IMG/VR virus record: IMGVR_UViG_3300022591_000004
Coordinates: 31,669-95,668 of that record
DNA: 64,000 nucleotides
DNA from: a virus
Strand: one strand, 5' to 3'
Positions 1 through 9,213 of this stretch are shown piece after piece. Numbering within the stretch: the stretch's first letter is position 1; the number at the start of each line of letters is the position of its first letter. The translations under genes were made by a program, and so were the position numbers. The notes under the pieces were generated by a model. It was not told where the DNA came from, did no database searches, and saw only the letters and a program-made list of their open reading frames with translations.

Positions 1-816
1 CTTTTCAATGTTAATTTCTAGCTGGTCGTGGAGCTTAACAAGCTGCTCGGTATCTATAGGGGCACCAGCAAGCTTCATTTCACAAAGAACCTTAAGGACA
101 CCCATCTCTAGGTGCATTACCTTGGTTAACTGTCCTTCTTCTAATTTCTTAACAAGGACATTCTTGTAAAGCAAAAATGTGTACTTAGCGTCAAGGTAAG
201 CGTACTTAGCTACCGTACTGAACGAGTACTTCTCGACCTCTTTACCGACGCCTTTAACCATGTGATAGCCGAACTCTCGAGCTAAGCAGTCATCAAGACT
301 GACCTTGTTCTTGTTCTTGTTATCGTATAAAAACGAAGCTATTAACGTGTCAAAGTAAGGACCTGTGGGGACCTGTCCGTCATAGTATTTAGCCACAGAC
401 GTTAAATCAAAAATTAAGTTGTGACCAACAAGGGTTCTGCCAGTGCCGAACATCAAAGGCTTAAGCGCCTCAAAAACTTCTGCAGGGAATAGCTGCTTAG
501 GTGAAGGGCCAAAGGTAACTGTGGCTTTTTTCTTGTCTTTTGAATAATCGATTTCACGCAAGGTAAGACCTGCTGCAGCTCTTTTTTCGCCAACACCTGT
601 TAGGGGAAACTCTTCTGAGAGAAACTCGCCGTTAGGGTGACCTAATGGGATTACATCTCCTCGCCCGTGTGTTGCGAGAGAAATCCATAAAACTTCGTTT
701 ACTACAGTAATAACTCTTTGTGGACCTACGGTTTCTACGTCATAGGCAAACGCGTCTTGCTGGAGATAATAATTAACTAACTCATCTAACTGTTCTTTGG
801 TCGTAATAATGTTCAT
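1..816 (-). CDS. DNA polymerase family A, N-terminal 3'-5' exonuclease region (runs off the window edge)
   Basis: Not in the ORF track; translated by hand from ATG at 816: MNIITTKEQLDELV...AYDVET (ExoI)...GHNLIFD (ExoII)...YAYLDA (ExoIII). SD AAGGGGA upstream. Confidence 0.9.
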   Translation of the reverse strand, partial: MNIITTKEQLDELVNYYLQQDAFAYDVETVGPQRVITVVNEVLWISLATHGRGDVIPLGHPNGEFLSEEFPLTGVGEKRAAAGLTLREIDYSKDKKKATVTFGPSPKQLFPAEVFEALKPLMFGTGRTLVGHNLIFDLTSVAKYYDGQVPTGPYFDTLIASFLYDNKNKNKVSLDDCLAREFGYHMVKGVGKEVEKYSFSTVAKYAYLDAKYTFLLYKNVLVKKLEEGQLTKVMHLEMGVLKVLCEMKLAGAPIDTEQLVKLHDQLEINIEK

Positions 817-834
817 ATAGTTCCCCTTATGGGC

Positions 835-872
835 GGAAAAGGCAGACCAAGGGGATAGGTCTGCCTTTCCCA
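835..872 (-). promoter_or_regulatory. Hairpin between the SSB and polymerase genes (terminator-like, with an anti-SD loop)
   Basis: Minus strand AAAGGCAGACC-TATCCCCTT-GGTCTGCCTTT. Confidence 0.7.
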
Positions 873-880
873 CATCTATG

Positions 881-1534
881 TTAGACGAGTGCGTCTACGA
901 CTTCGTTAAGCTCTTCAACAGACTTACGAATTACTGACTCAGCAGTAAATGGAACCATCTCTGCAATTGCAGCTTCGGCGGTAGCCTCGTCGATGCTCCA
1001 GTCTTCTTGGAGGTCACGACCCTTAACAGGGTTGAGGATGTAAGTAGTTTGCTGCATCTGACCGCGACGAGCAACTGCCCAATAGTTCTTGGACAATGGG
1101 CCCGCTGGTGAATGATGCGCTGCATGAAGCGACTTAAAGAACAATGGAGAAACGACCATCTTTGTTAGGGTGGTTCCCTCAGGTGTGAGAACCGCTACAG
1201 AGAACGCATACTTCTTCTCTGGCTTGTGGTTAAGACGAACGCAAATTGGGCATCCGCTACCAAGGCACGTGTATGAACGTTGTCCTTCTGTTTTTTCAGT
1301 AAGGAAGTGAAACCCGTAAATAGCGTATGGGCCATCTGGGTCAAGGAACTTGATTACCTGAAGAGTCTCGGTAATCTTGAAGTCTTTTGCAAACTCCTTG
1401 GGCTTAATCAGAGCTTCTGCTGCTTCCCAACCAGACTTAATTGCGTCTGTGGGATTTCCTGTTGGACGGTCATCTACGTTTTCGATAGAAAACTCGTCAA
1501 CCTCTGGAACGAATGAATCTGTTTGAACTGACAT
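881..1534 (-). CDS. Single-stranded DNA-binding protein (T4 gp32-like, Zn-binding)
   Basis: FH...YTCLGSGCPIC zinc motif, RRG..TTY strand, acidic termini, adjacent to the polymerase. Confidence 0.6.
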   Translation of the reverse strand: MSVQTDSFVPEVDEFSIENVDDRPTGNPTDAIKSGWEAAEALIKPKEFAKDFKITETLQVIKFLDPDGPYAIYGFHFLTEKTEGQRSYTCLGSGCPICVRLNHKPEKKYAFSVAVLTPEGTTLTKMVVSPLFFKSLHAAHHSPAGPLSKNYWAVARRGQMQQTTYILNPVKGRDLQEDWSIDEATAEAAIAEMVPFTAESVIRKSVEELNEVVDALV

Positions 1535-1578
1535 GGGTACTGCTCCTTTGTATGTTTGAACTGCTTGGCTTTGAACTG

Positions 1579-2046
1579 CTAGATTTTTGTTTCGGTAGCC
1601 AGGATTTTACTCCAAGCCTCAGCTATCTCCACAGGGAGCTGCTGGTGTTCAGACCATTCTATACGCTTGACTTCTAAAAGTCCAGCCTTATCAAATAAGT
1701 CCACCGCAGCTTCAATCATGGCTCGGCTATAGAGGCGACGCCCCTTATGTTCCTCACCATGCTTGTTCTTTTTCGTAGGTAGGCGGTACGGAGCGGTAGG
1801 AAGGTAACCTAACTTGTTCCACAATCTGATGGAAGCAAATGGCCTTCCTAAAGCTTGAGCTAGTGAACCCGCAGCAAACAACTCAATGTCTTTACCATTG
1901 GATAATGTTTTTACAAAGGGTTTGGCGTCCCAAGCAGGCACGTCTGCTCTGACTTCCTTTACCTTGGGCTCACGTCGCTTTCGTTTACTGCCTGGGTAAA
2001 AGACGTCCAGGTCGGCAAACGTTGAGTCAATGAAGTCGTCGGACAT
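1579..2046 (-). CDS. MerR-like HTH DNA-binding protein
   Basis: LAQALGRPFASIRLWNKLGYLP...GRRLYS matches the MerR winged-HTH pattern. Confidence 0.7.
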   Translation of the reverse strand: MSDDFIDSTFADLDVFYPGSKRKRREPKVKEVRADVPAWDAKPFVKTLSNGKDIELFAAGSLAQALGRPFASIRLWNKLGYLPTAPYRLPTKKNKHGEEHKGRRLYSRAMIEAAVDLFDKAGLLEVKRIEWSEHQQLPVEIAEAWSKILATETKI

Positions 2047-2048
2047 TG

Positions 2049-2438
2049 TTATCCGTTGACTAGAAATGCGTAGGAGACTTTGACAGGGAACATCTTTTCA
2101 ATCTCTTCTTCTGTAAGCAGGTCTTTTGCATATGCAATCATAATCGCATCTTGGTCTAAGGTAGTTACTACCTTAGTGCAGGACTCTTCCAAGCCATGCT
2201 CTTGAAGGATTTGTTTTGCTATATCCATATCGAGGTTTTGAGACTCTTTACGCTGTTTAGTTAACTTGATTCCGTCAACTTCGAGAACGGTATGTCCTCT
2301 AGCGTCTAGCTCACCAATAGCCTCTACTGATTCCAGAAGGCGCTTTTTAAGCTCTGATTCGCGTTCAGATAAGAACTTCATCTGTTGCTTCAGAGCAACG
2401 TATTGCTTTGCGTATTGATTGACTTCTGTTGTGTCCAT
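2049..2438 (-). CDS. Hypothetical protein (N-terminal coiled coil)
   Basis: 129 aa ORF with SD AAGGGGA, in an operon with SSB. Confidence 0.7.
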   Translation of the reverse strand: MDTTEVNQYAKQYVALKQQMKFLSERESELKKRLLESVEAIGELDARGHTVLEVDGIKLTKQRKESQNLDMDIAKQILQEHGLEESCTKVVTTLDQDAIMIAYAKDLLTEEEIEKMFPVKVSYAFLVNG

Positions 2439-2462
2439 TAAATCCCCTTCGATTCATGGACG

Positions 2463-2491
2463 AGATTAGTAGGCTACTTATGCCTTGTCAA
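2463..2491 (-). promoter_or_regulatory. Sigma70/SigA-type promoter driving the 129 aa ORF-HTH-SSB operon
   Basis: TTGACA-N17-TAATCT; the spacer contains the inverted repeat AGTAG-C-CTACT. Confidence 0.75.
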
Positions 2492-2627
2492 CTAGATAGG
2501 ACTCAAGCGCGTCAATAATTACGCTGGTCACAGTTACGCCTTCGCTGGCAGCCTTCTTCTGTACGGCTTTCCAGATGTCGTCAGAAACGCGAATAGTACG
2601 CGTAGGGGTCTTAGGCATATTAGGCAT
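2478..2627 (-). CDS. Ribbon-helix-helix (Arc/CopG-like) regulator, 49 aa
   Basis: Below the ORF-track cutoff: MPNMPKTPTRTIRVSDDIWKAVQKKAASEGVTVTSVIIDALESYLVDKA. -10 TAGACT lies 6 nt before the ATG. Confidence 0.8.
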   Translation of the reverse strand: MPNMPKTPTRTIRVSDDIWKAVQKKAASEGVTVTSVIIDALESYLVDKA

Positions 2628-2675
2628 CCCTATAGTCTAAAGAATACGCGTTAAAAAAAGTCCTTAAAAGGCTTT

Positions 2676-4265
2676 TTATACTGAGGCTAGTTGTAAAAAC
2701 TGGCGCAAACTACCCACTGTAAGGGGTACTCCGCCCTTATCGTCGATACCTTCTCCGTCAATAATAGCGCTAGCCACTGACGTCTTTTGCTGGAGTGATT
2801 CGTACTGGCGCTCTTCAATAGAGCCCGCAATTAATATATCTTGAATGACTATTGAGGGCCAAGTAGAGGACGCACGTTTGATTCGTCCGTTACGTTGAGT
2901 AGCAGCGCCTGAAGACCAAGGTAAATCATAGTTAACCAGTAGATTTGCGGCGGGCAAATCAACGCCATAACCACCTGCATCAGAGCTAATGAGCACCCGT
3001 ACTTCCAGTAACGTGTTGAAAGCAATTTTATTCTCCTCTTTAGTCTTAGCGTCTAACTTACCTGAGTATAGACGGCAACGGTCAGCCCCTAAGCGTTCCG
3101 CTATCTTGTCTAGCATGTCTACATAGGTGGCAAAAATAACTACCTTATTGGCTGGGTTAGCGTCTAGAAAATCAGATACGTACTCTACAAGAGTCTCTAG
3201 CTTGCTAGAGCTGGTAAGACCTTCTAAAAGCCCTTCTTGGACAAGCTCATTAGCATAGCTAGAACCCTCTCCACTGAGCTGTAAAAACTTCTGTGCGCTG
3301 GTACGCAATAAGTCTGGGTGAGAGCACAGCATCTTTAGGGCGCCAATTTTAGACATAATCTTGCCACGCCATTCATCTTCTGGGCCGTTGCGTTTACTCT
3401 CATAGCCGTAGTGAGCCATGATGTTAAACGAGCCACCAAAGAGTGCTTGAGCCTCATCTAAATCAGCAAGCAAGTCTTTTCTAATTCGTTCGTAGAGACG
3501 AGAAGACTTTCTATCAAAGACGACCTTGATAGGGTCTTTGTGGATGGAGTCAGGCAAGAAAGGAGCAACGTCTGGGTCTTTTTGAGATTTGCGAACAGAC
3601 GCAGTTTGCATAATTCCAAAGAGAACGTCTAGATTTTTATAGCGCTCTACTCCACCCCACGAATTGCGAATGATGTATAGCTGGTCAAAGTAATCAAACC
3701 TTTTGAGAACGTCGGGGTCTACAAACTGCATGATAGAGAACAGCTCTTCGGGCTTACCGTTTTCAATAGGAGTTCCCGTAAGAGCAAACTTAAATTCTGC
3801 TGTGCCTAAACGCTTTGTGTATTTAGACCTCTTAGACTTAAAAGACTTGATAGCAGTTGCTTCGTCAAGTACTACAAATCCTCTGGGGAGTTTTTTGACG
3901 AAATCCCAGTCGTTAACAATTTGCTCATAATTGAGGATAATGTAGTCGACTTTGGTGGTTCGCCAATTGTATGCAGCGTCGTACTGCTCTGCTCTTTTAG
4001 CTTTGGTTCCATCAATGACCAAAGCACGTGAAGTACCATCGGTAAATTTCTCAATCTGATTAGCCCACTGATATTTCAGTGATGATAAACAGATTACCAA
4101 ACCAGGCTCTTTAATTTGTCGTGAATCCATAAGCCGTTCTATAGCGGCAATAGTTAACACAGTCTTACCTAAACCTAAATCATAAGCAACGAGCATCTTC
4201 TTGCGCTCGCACATACGTTCTACTGCTTCGGGTTGGTAAGGAAGCAGTGTTCCTTTAAACGACAT
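2676..4265 (-). CDS. SNF2-family helicase
   Basis: LLPYQ, DLGLGKT, LDEA, LTGTP, and the helicase-C motifs GGYGVDL and QRNGRIKR. Confidence 0.92.
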   Translation of the reverse strand: MSFKGTLLPYQPEAVERMCERKKMLVAYDLGLGKTVLTIAAIERLMDSRQIKEPGLVICLSSLKYQWANQIEKFTDGTSRALVIDGTKAKRAEQYDAAYNWRTTKVDYIILNYEQIVNDWDFVKKLPRGFVVLDEATAIKSFKSKRSKYTKRLGTAEFKFALTGTPIENGKPEELFSIMQFVDPDVLKRFDYFDQLYIIRNSWGGVERYKNLDVLFGIMQTASVRKSQKDPDVAPFLPDSIHKDPIKVVFDRKSSRLYERIRKDLLADLDEAQALFGGSFNIMAHYGYESKRNGPEDEWRGKIMSKIGALKMLCSHPDLLRTSAQKFLQLSGEGSSYANELVQEGLLEGLTSSSKLETLVEYVSDFLDANPANKVVIFATYVDMLDKIAERLGADRCRLYSGKLDAKTKEENKIAFNTLLEVRVLISSDAGGYGVDLPAANLLVNYDLPWSSGAATQRNGRIKRASSTWPSIVIQDILIAGSIEERQYESLQQKTSVASAIIDGEGIDDKGGVPLTVGSLRQFLQLASV

Positions 4266-4791
4266 CAAACTCCCCTAGATTGGCTGCAATCTGACCTTTG
4301 AGACCATCCAACCCTGTGTTATTCATAATTACTCGGTCAAACTTCCAATAGTCTAACGCTGACTCTGAAGGATGGTCGTTTACTGGTGAGTAACCTGGTC
4401 GCATAACGCGCCATACTTCACCATTCAAATCTTTGATAGCGCTGGCTTCATTAGGAAACCGAACATCGGTAAAGACGACCTTCTGTGACGAAGATACTCC
4501 CTTCATCGCTTGGTCAATCCAAAAGTTCTCGCCAAACATATCTCGACCTACTTCAGTGCCAAATACTTGTAGAAGACGTCGAGCGTCGGTATAACGCTTG
4601 GCATACTCCCATCCGTGCATGTCAATTATTTCTTGAAGTCGTGTCCCTCCTGCAACAAAAGGGTTTAGCGCGTAAAGAGCGGTACGCATGGGCTCAGCAA
4701 AAGCGCGGTTGTCGTAACCATGCAGTCCAATAAGCATTCCTGCCACGGTGTCCTTGCCAGATTGTGCGTATCCTGATAGACCAATAATCAT
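4255..4791 (-). CDS. Deoxynucleoside monophosphate kinase
   Basis: GLSGYAQSGKDT P-loop, LQVFGTEVGR, TDVRFPNE, HPSE. Confidence 0.9.
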   Translation of the reverse strand: MIIGLSGYAQSGKDTVAGMLIGLHGYDNRAFAEPMRTALYALNPFVAGGTRLQEIIDMHGWEYAKRYTDARRLLQVFGTEVGRDMFGENFWIDQAMKGVSSSQKVVFTDVRFPNEASAIKDLNGEVWRVMRPGYSPVNDHPSESALDYWKFDRVIMNNTGLDGLKGQIAANLGEFDVV

Positions 4792-5717
4792 AAGAAAGCC
4801 CTCTTTCCGTGGATGGAGTGACGTGCGTTGTTTAACCCGAACATTATCTCAGCCTTGCTCATTCCTCCAATGTCCTTCATGTCTGTTTGCTCATAGTTGA
4901 AGAACCAACACTCAAATCCCATGGTGCGCGAATACTCTAATAAAGTCGCTGATGAGCTTATTCCAGCTTCATCATTATCCATAGCAAAGACAACCCTATC
5001 GGCTGAACGAATAAGGTTAATCTGTTCTTTAGATACTCCAGAGCCACAGGTAGAGACGCCGCCTAAGATGCCTACAGAAGCTAAACGAGCTACATCCAAC
5101 GGAGACTCTACAACAATCATTTCAGAGCCGATGTAGCGTTCATAGCCAAATAAACACGAAGACTTACTTACCTTAGGAGGAAAGTTATTAAATCGTCGTT
5201 CTTTAAACCACTTCTCTTGCCAACCAATTAACTTATTAGTAAAAGGGTCGCGTAAGGGCAAAATCCAACTGCTGTTCTTCTCATTCCACAAGATGCCGTA
5301 ATAGTCCGCAGCGACACCTGTCAATCCGCGAGATTTAAGCGCATAGTCTGGAGGGGTAACAAAAGCGCTTAACATAGACTCAGTAACAGGCTCTGTGCGC
5401 TCAGGTAGTGGGGCTGGAGTAATCAGCTTTTGAAACGCTTTGCTAAGGTTGCGTTCCCCGCTGTTTACCCATTGAGTTGCCATCTCTGAATCAAATCCCT
5501 GAACATAAGAAACAAGACTTTGTACACCACCTTTGAAGTGGCAGGAGAAGCAGTTATGAGCACCTGTATCGGCGTTGATAGACCACGAAGGGTTGCTGTC
5601 TAGCTTTCCCTTGCGCTCTAAGTGAGCTGGGCAGTGCCCTTTAATTTCATCGCCGTTGATAGAAACAATCTCAATACCCAGTCTGTCGAGCAGGTCTTCC
5701 ATCTCTTCTACGGTCAT
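4788..5717 (-). CDS. DNA primase (CHC2 zinc finger + TOPRIM)
   Basis: CPAH...CFSC zinc finger; VVESPLD and MDNDEAG TOPRIM motifs. Confidence 0.9.
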   Translation of the reverse strand: MTVEEMEDLLDRLGIEIVSINGDEIKGHCPAHLERKGKLDSNPSWSINADTGAHNCFSCHFKGGVQSLVSYVQGFDSEMATQWVNSGERNLSKAFQKLITPAPLPERTEPVTESMLSAFVTPPDYALKSRGLTGVAADYYGILWNEKNSSWILPLRDPFTNKLIGWQEKWFKERRFNNFPPKVSKSSCLFGYERYIGSEMIVVESPLDVARLASVGILGGVSTCGSGVSKEQINLIRSADRVVFAMDNDEAGISSSATLLEYSRTMGFECWFFNYEQTDMKDIGGMSKAEIMFGLNNARHSIHGKRAFL

Positions 5718-6940
5718 AGGTCGGTCTCGTCAATCTCTCGGAAAGCGCCAGTATTCCAATCCCACAACATGGATACTTCCATGTTTCCTGAGTTACGTGA
5801 AGCAATAACTTTAAGAAGACGAGTGCTGTCTACATTTTCGTCTTCGCGTTGAAGACCAAAAATAACATCCGCGTCTTGGTGGAATGAGGAAGAGTAGCCA
5901 ATAGCGTCAGTTGTTACTTGGCCGTTGCGCATTTTATTTTCCAAAATCTGAGTGGAAATAATGACAGGCTTATTTACACGCTGAGCCAAACGCTTGAGAG
6001 AACGAGTGATATTAGTAAGCGCTTGTGGGCTGCCTGGCTTCTCACCGTTTTCATCAATCATCAAGTACATACCGTCAATGAACACCACATCAGGCTGAAG
6101 TATCTGAATCTTGCTAGCTACCGCTGAAACGGTTGAACCCTCTGTTGCCCCTACCAACCAAAACTTTTCACGCATTTGAGAAACCGCTTTCAGCTTTGCT
6201 TTAACGCGGGACTCTTCTTCGTCTGTTAAAGCTCCGCTTTGATAACGCGTGTGTGAGACACGTGAGCGCATAGCGACATAGCGAGAGAGCTGCTCTTGGT
6301 TCGTCATCTCAAACGACTGAAACATTGGAGTACTACCTTTAAGGTGGATGTTCTGAGCAATCTGCATAGCAAGAGTGGACTTACCCGTCTTTGGCGGTGC
6401 AACAATAATAATCAGTTGACCATTTTGTAATCCATTTGTTGCCTTATCAATCGTAGGAAACCCTGTGGGAACTCCTAGCAATCCTGGATTGCTTTTGCGG
6501 TACAGGTAGTCGTCCCACAACTGCATGGGGTTTTCGGTAATGTCAATGTCAGAAGACTTTGTTAGTCCTTCTTCTTCTAACTTAACTATTCCACGTTGTA
6601 GAGAAATAAGTGCGGCTTCGTGGTCGCGTTCTTTTTCTAATTGGTCAATCGCTTCTCCCACCATACTGATGGTGGCAATCTTGCGACGACGAGCGACAAT
6701 CTCATCTAATAGGTAATCAATACTGTCCTGGACAGGTGCAACTTTGTATGTAGGAAAATTTTCTGTGACTACATCAAGGCTCGGGCACTCGCCATACTTA
6801 GTAAAATGAGATTTAAGAAGAGCCCACACTTTGCGGTCTTCGTTATCCATGAACCATGAGTCATTGACATTGCGCTCAAATAACTTAGTCAGGTCACGTG
6901 TCTCAATGACCTTGCTAAGAAGCAGCTGCTCTTTGTTCAT
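5714..6940 (-). CDS. dnaB: DnaB-like replicative helicase
   Basis: GVPTGF, APPKTGKS Walker A, SFEM, FIDG, QDAD. Likely start MNKEQ at 6940 (ATGA overlap). Confidence 0.92.
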   Translation of the reverse strand: MNKEQLLLSKVIETRDLTKLFERNVNDSWFMDNEDRKVWALLKSHFTKYGECPSLDVVTENFPTYKVAPVQDSIDYLLDEIVARRRKIATISMVGEAIDQLEKERDHEAALISLQRGIVKLEEEGLTKSSDIDITENPMQLWDDYLYRKSNPGLLGVPTGFPTIDKATNGLQNGQLIIIVAPPKTGKSTLAMQIAQNIHLKGSTPMFQSFEMTNQEQLSRYVAMRSRVSHTRYQSGALTDEEESRVKAKLKAVSQMREKFWLVGATEGSTVSAVASKIQILQPDVVFIDGMYLMIDENGEKPGSPQALTNITRSLKRLAQRVNKPVIISTQILENKMRNGQVTTDAIGYSSSFHQDADVIFGLQREDENVDSTRLLKVIASRNSGNMEVSMLWDWNTGAFREIDETDL

Positions 6941-7344
6941 AGTTGTGTGAAGTCCAATCCCCAATGTCCGTACCGTAGCAGCCTAGTCGGTAAATCCAAA
7001 ACCCCAACAACTTCTGGTCGGTATGGCAGTTCAGAGACTAGGTGCTCTACTGATTCATACTTAGTAAAATAACGAAAGGGATTAGTCCCCATCTCATCCA
7101 AGTGGTTAATCATCTCTTGAAGGGCGTCCTCGTTTAAGGTAAAGGATGCAAGCTCCATGGTATACCCCTTATTTTGGGAGTATACGTAAAGACGGCTAAG
7201 TAACGTCCTATTGAGCTTAGCTTCTTTAGACGCTACTGGTATTACTTTAAGAACCTTTTTTACGGTAATGTCGTAATCAAAAAAAGTATCAGTAGTAACG
7301 ATAATGCGCTTAGGCAAATCGTTACTGATGTCCCCTTTGTACAT
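6937..7344 (-). CDS. Hypothetical protein
   Basis: 135 aa ORF tightly packed in the replication operon. Confidence 0.7.
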   Translation of the reverse strand: MYKGDISNDLPKRIIVTTDTFFDYDITVKKVLKVIPVASKEAKLNRTLLSRLYVYSQNKGYTMELASFTLNEDALQEMINHLDEMGTNPFRYFTKYESVEHLVSELPYRPEVVGVLDLPTRLLRYGHWGLDFTQL

Positions 7345-7659
7345 TTACAAAACCTCTGGTATTCCAAACTTTAGTAAGAACTCTCTATTATGTTTAGTAG
7401 AAAGCTTGGCCTTAGCCACATCTGTTTCTGTAACGTTTTTAGATAAAGAAGGCTCATAAATACCGTCATTCATATCCATGCGAAGCTGGACAAGATTAAC
7501 GTGTTTGCACCTTCCTCGCCCTTTGTAATTTGGGCAGGTGCAGACAAGCTTGTCATCAAGGGTAAGACCAACTTCAAAAACGCTGGGTGAAGGGATTTGA
7601 GTGTCGTTCAGAAAAATCTGAAACAACATGATGTCCTCTTGCACTGCACGCTCCTTCAT
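7345..7659 (-). CDS. SWIM zinc-finger protein
   Basis: CTCPNYKGRGRCKH = CxC...CxH. Confidence 0.75.
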   Translation of the reverse strand: MKERAVQEDIMLFQIFLNDTQIPSPSVFEVGLTLDDKLVCTCPNYKGRGRCKHVNLVQLRMDMNDGIYEPSLSKNVTETDVAKAKLSTKHNREFLLKFGIPEVL

Positions 7660-8354
7660 CGTTGAGACCTTCTTAAGTCTAACTCTCCGTCTACGGGAAC
7701 ATAAAGAAACGCTTCTCGTATAAAGCTTCCTGTGGCGTCTCCGTACGTTTCTGCCCAGTTGTCTCGCTTGATATTGCTAGTAACAATCGTAGGCAATCCA
7801 TTGTTGAATCTGGTGCGCAACACATGATGAAGCATATTTTTTTGCCATCCAGACAGACTAGAGTGCTCTTTTCCTATGTCATCAATAATCAAAATTCTAA
7901 TGTTGTAAGCATCATCTCGGCATTCACCAAGCATTCCGTCATACAGGACTTTATCGCTCTCATACGGCTCGTCGTCCATAAGGCGCCCTTTTAGGTCTAA
8001 GACATCGTTAAAGGTGGCAAAGTAACATGGGCGAACAATGACCTTGCCCTCTTGAGGTACAAAAGCCTCTAGTGGAAACGTAGCCATAACCTCTTGGATA
8101 ACCGCCAAAGCAAGGGTAGTTTTTCCTCTACCTGGCTCTCCGTAAAAAAGGATTCCTCGGCCGCATTTAGCCCCTCCAGCCTTCAGGATGTATTCACCTG
8201 ACAAAGCAAGCTTAACCCAGCCTCTAACGGCCTCTAAAGCCTTTTCTGGGGCATCTGTACAGTCACCTAAAGTCCACCCTAAACGAGCTGTGGGTATAGA
8301 GGCGGACTGCACCCATGAACGACGGCGAATTTTTAGGTCTTCTAGCTTAAACAC
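7656..8354 (-). CDS. DnaC/IstB-like AAA+ ATPase (helicase loader)
   Basis: GEPGRGKT, LIIDDIGKE, R..NGLPTIVTSN. Likely GTG start at 8354. Confidence 0.88.
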   Translation of the reverse strand: MFKLEDLKIRRRSWVQSASIPTARLGWTLGDCTDAPEKALEAVRGWVKLALSGEYILKAGGAKCGRGILFYGEPGRGKTTLALAVIQEVMATFPLEAFVPQEGKVIVRPCYFATFNDVLDLKGRLMDDEPYESDKVLYDGMLGECRDDAYNIRILIIDDIGKEHSSLSGWQKNMLHHVLRTRFNNGLPTIVTSNIKRDNWAETYGDATGSFIREAFLYVPVDGELDLRRSQR

Positions 8355-9213
8355 CAAAATCCTCCCCAAACTCTCGTTTCCACTCTTCTTCTGCCTCAAC
8401 CATAGCGGTTGCCAAATCATCTGACGAATTGAGACGGGCTTTGGCTTGAAGAGCTAGCTCAGGAAACCGTTTGATAAAGGTTTTCCACAACATGTCACCG
8501 TTAGTCTCTTTATTGACTTTAAGGGCGCCAAAAAACAACCGCATCATTTCTTGTTCTACTTCTCCGTCAGTGTCGTATGTCTGACGAGCTTTGGACAGGG
8601 CTATAAAAAATCGGCTTCCAGCAAGTTTCCACGGAGGAATCCCCCAAATGGCACTCATCTGAGAAACAAACTCATTAGCGGACTGGTTAACGTTCCAGCC
8701 TTTAGGAGAAGCGGTTTCTCTGTCAACGACGTCTTTAGCGTGTTTTTCTGACTTCTGCTCTTGATAGGTAGCTTTGCGCTCAGCCATCGCTTTAAGGCGT
8801 TCGGCTTGGCGCTCATCAGCATCGGAGCTTGAGGTGCTCTTGAAAAACTCGTACCCCACCTTTTCCTCCAATCGCCCGATTGATGTTTTATTAATATCTA
8901 TAACTGAATTAGCTAATACTTGTATTAAGCTATTCTGCTCACTGTGTAGTATCTGAGGACGGCTTTTCAGGCCCCAGGAAGCCGCCTCCATAAATCCCTT
9001 TTCAGTTACATAACTTACAGTCTTGACCTCATTGTTGACCCGTTCTTTGCGGGTAACAATCAGTCCAGCCTCTCGCAGCTCTTTCAGTGCGGTTCGTATT
9101 GCGTCTCGTCCTTCAGCTACCTCTTCGGCAAGGCGTGCAGCACTGATAGACATATCAGCGTTGATGAAGTACGCCAAAGCACCACGTGCCCGAAGAGATA
9201 GTTTTTTATCCAC
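8347..9213 (-). CDS. Replication initiator-like HTH protein
   Basis: LSLRARG...EGRDAIRTALKELREAGLI winged HTH, immediately upstream of the DnaC-like gene. Confidence 0.65.
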   Translation of the reverse strand: MDKKLSLRARGALAYFINADMSISAARLAEEVAEGRDAIRTALKELREAGLIVTRKERVNNEVKTVSYVTEKGFMEAASWGLKSRPQILHSEQNSLIQVLANSVIDINKTSIGRLEEKVGYEFFKSTSSSDADERQAERLKAMAERKATYQEQKSEKHAKDVVDRETASPKGWNVNQSANEFVSQMSAIWGIPPWKLAGSRFFIALSKARQTYDTDGEVEQEMMRLFFGALKVNKETNGDMLWKTFIKRFPELALQAKARLNSSDDLATAMVEAEEEWKREFGEDFGV

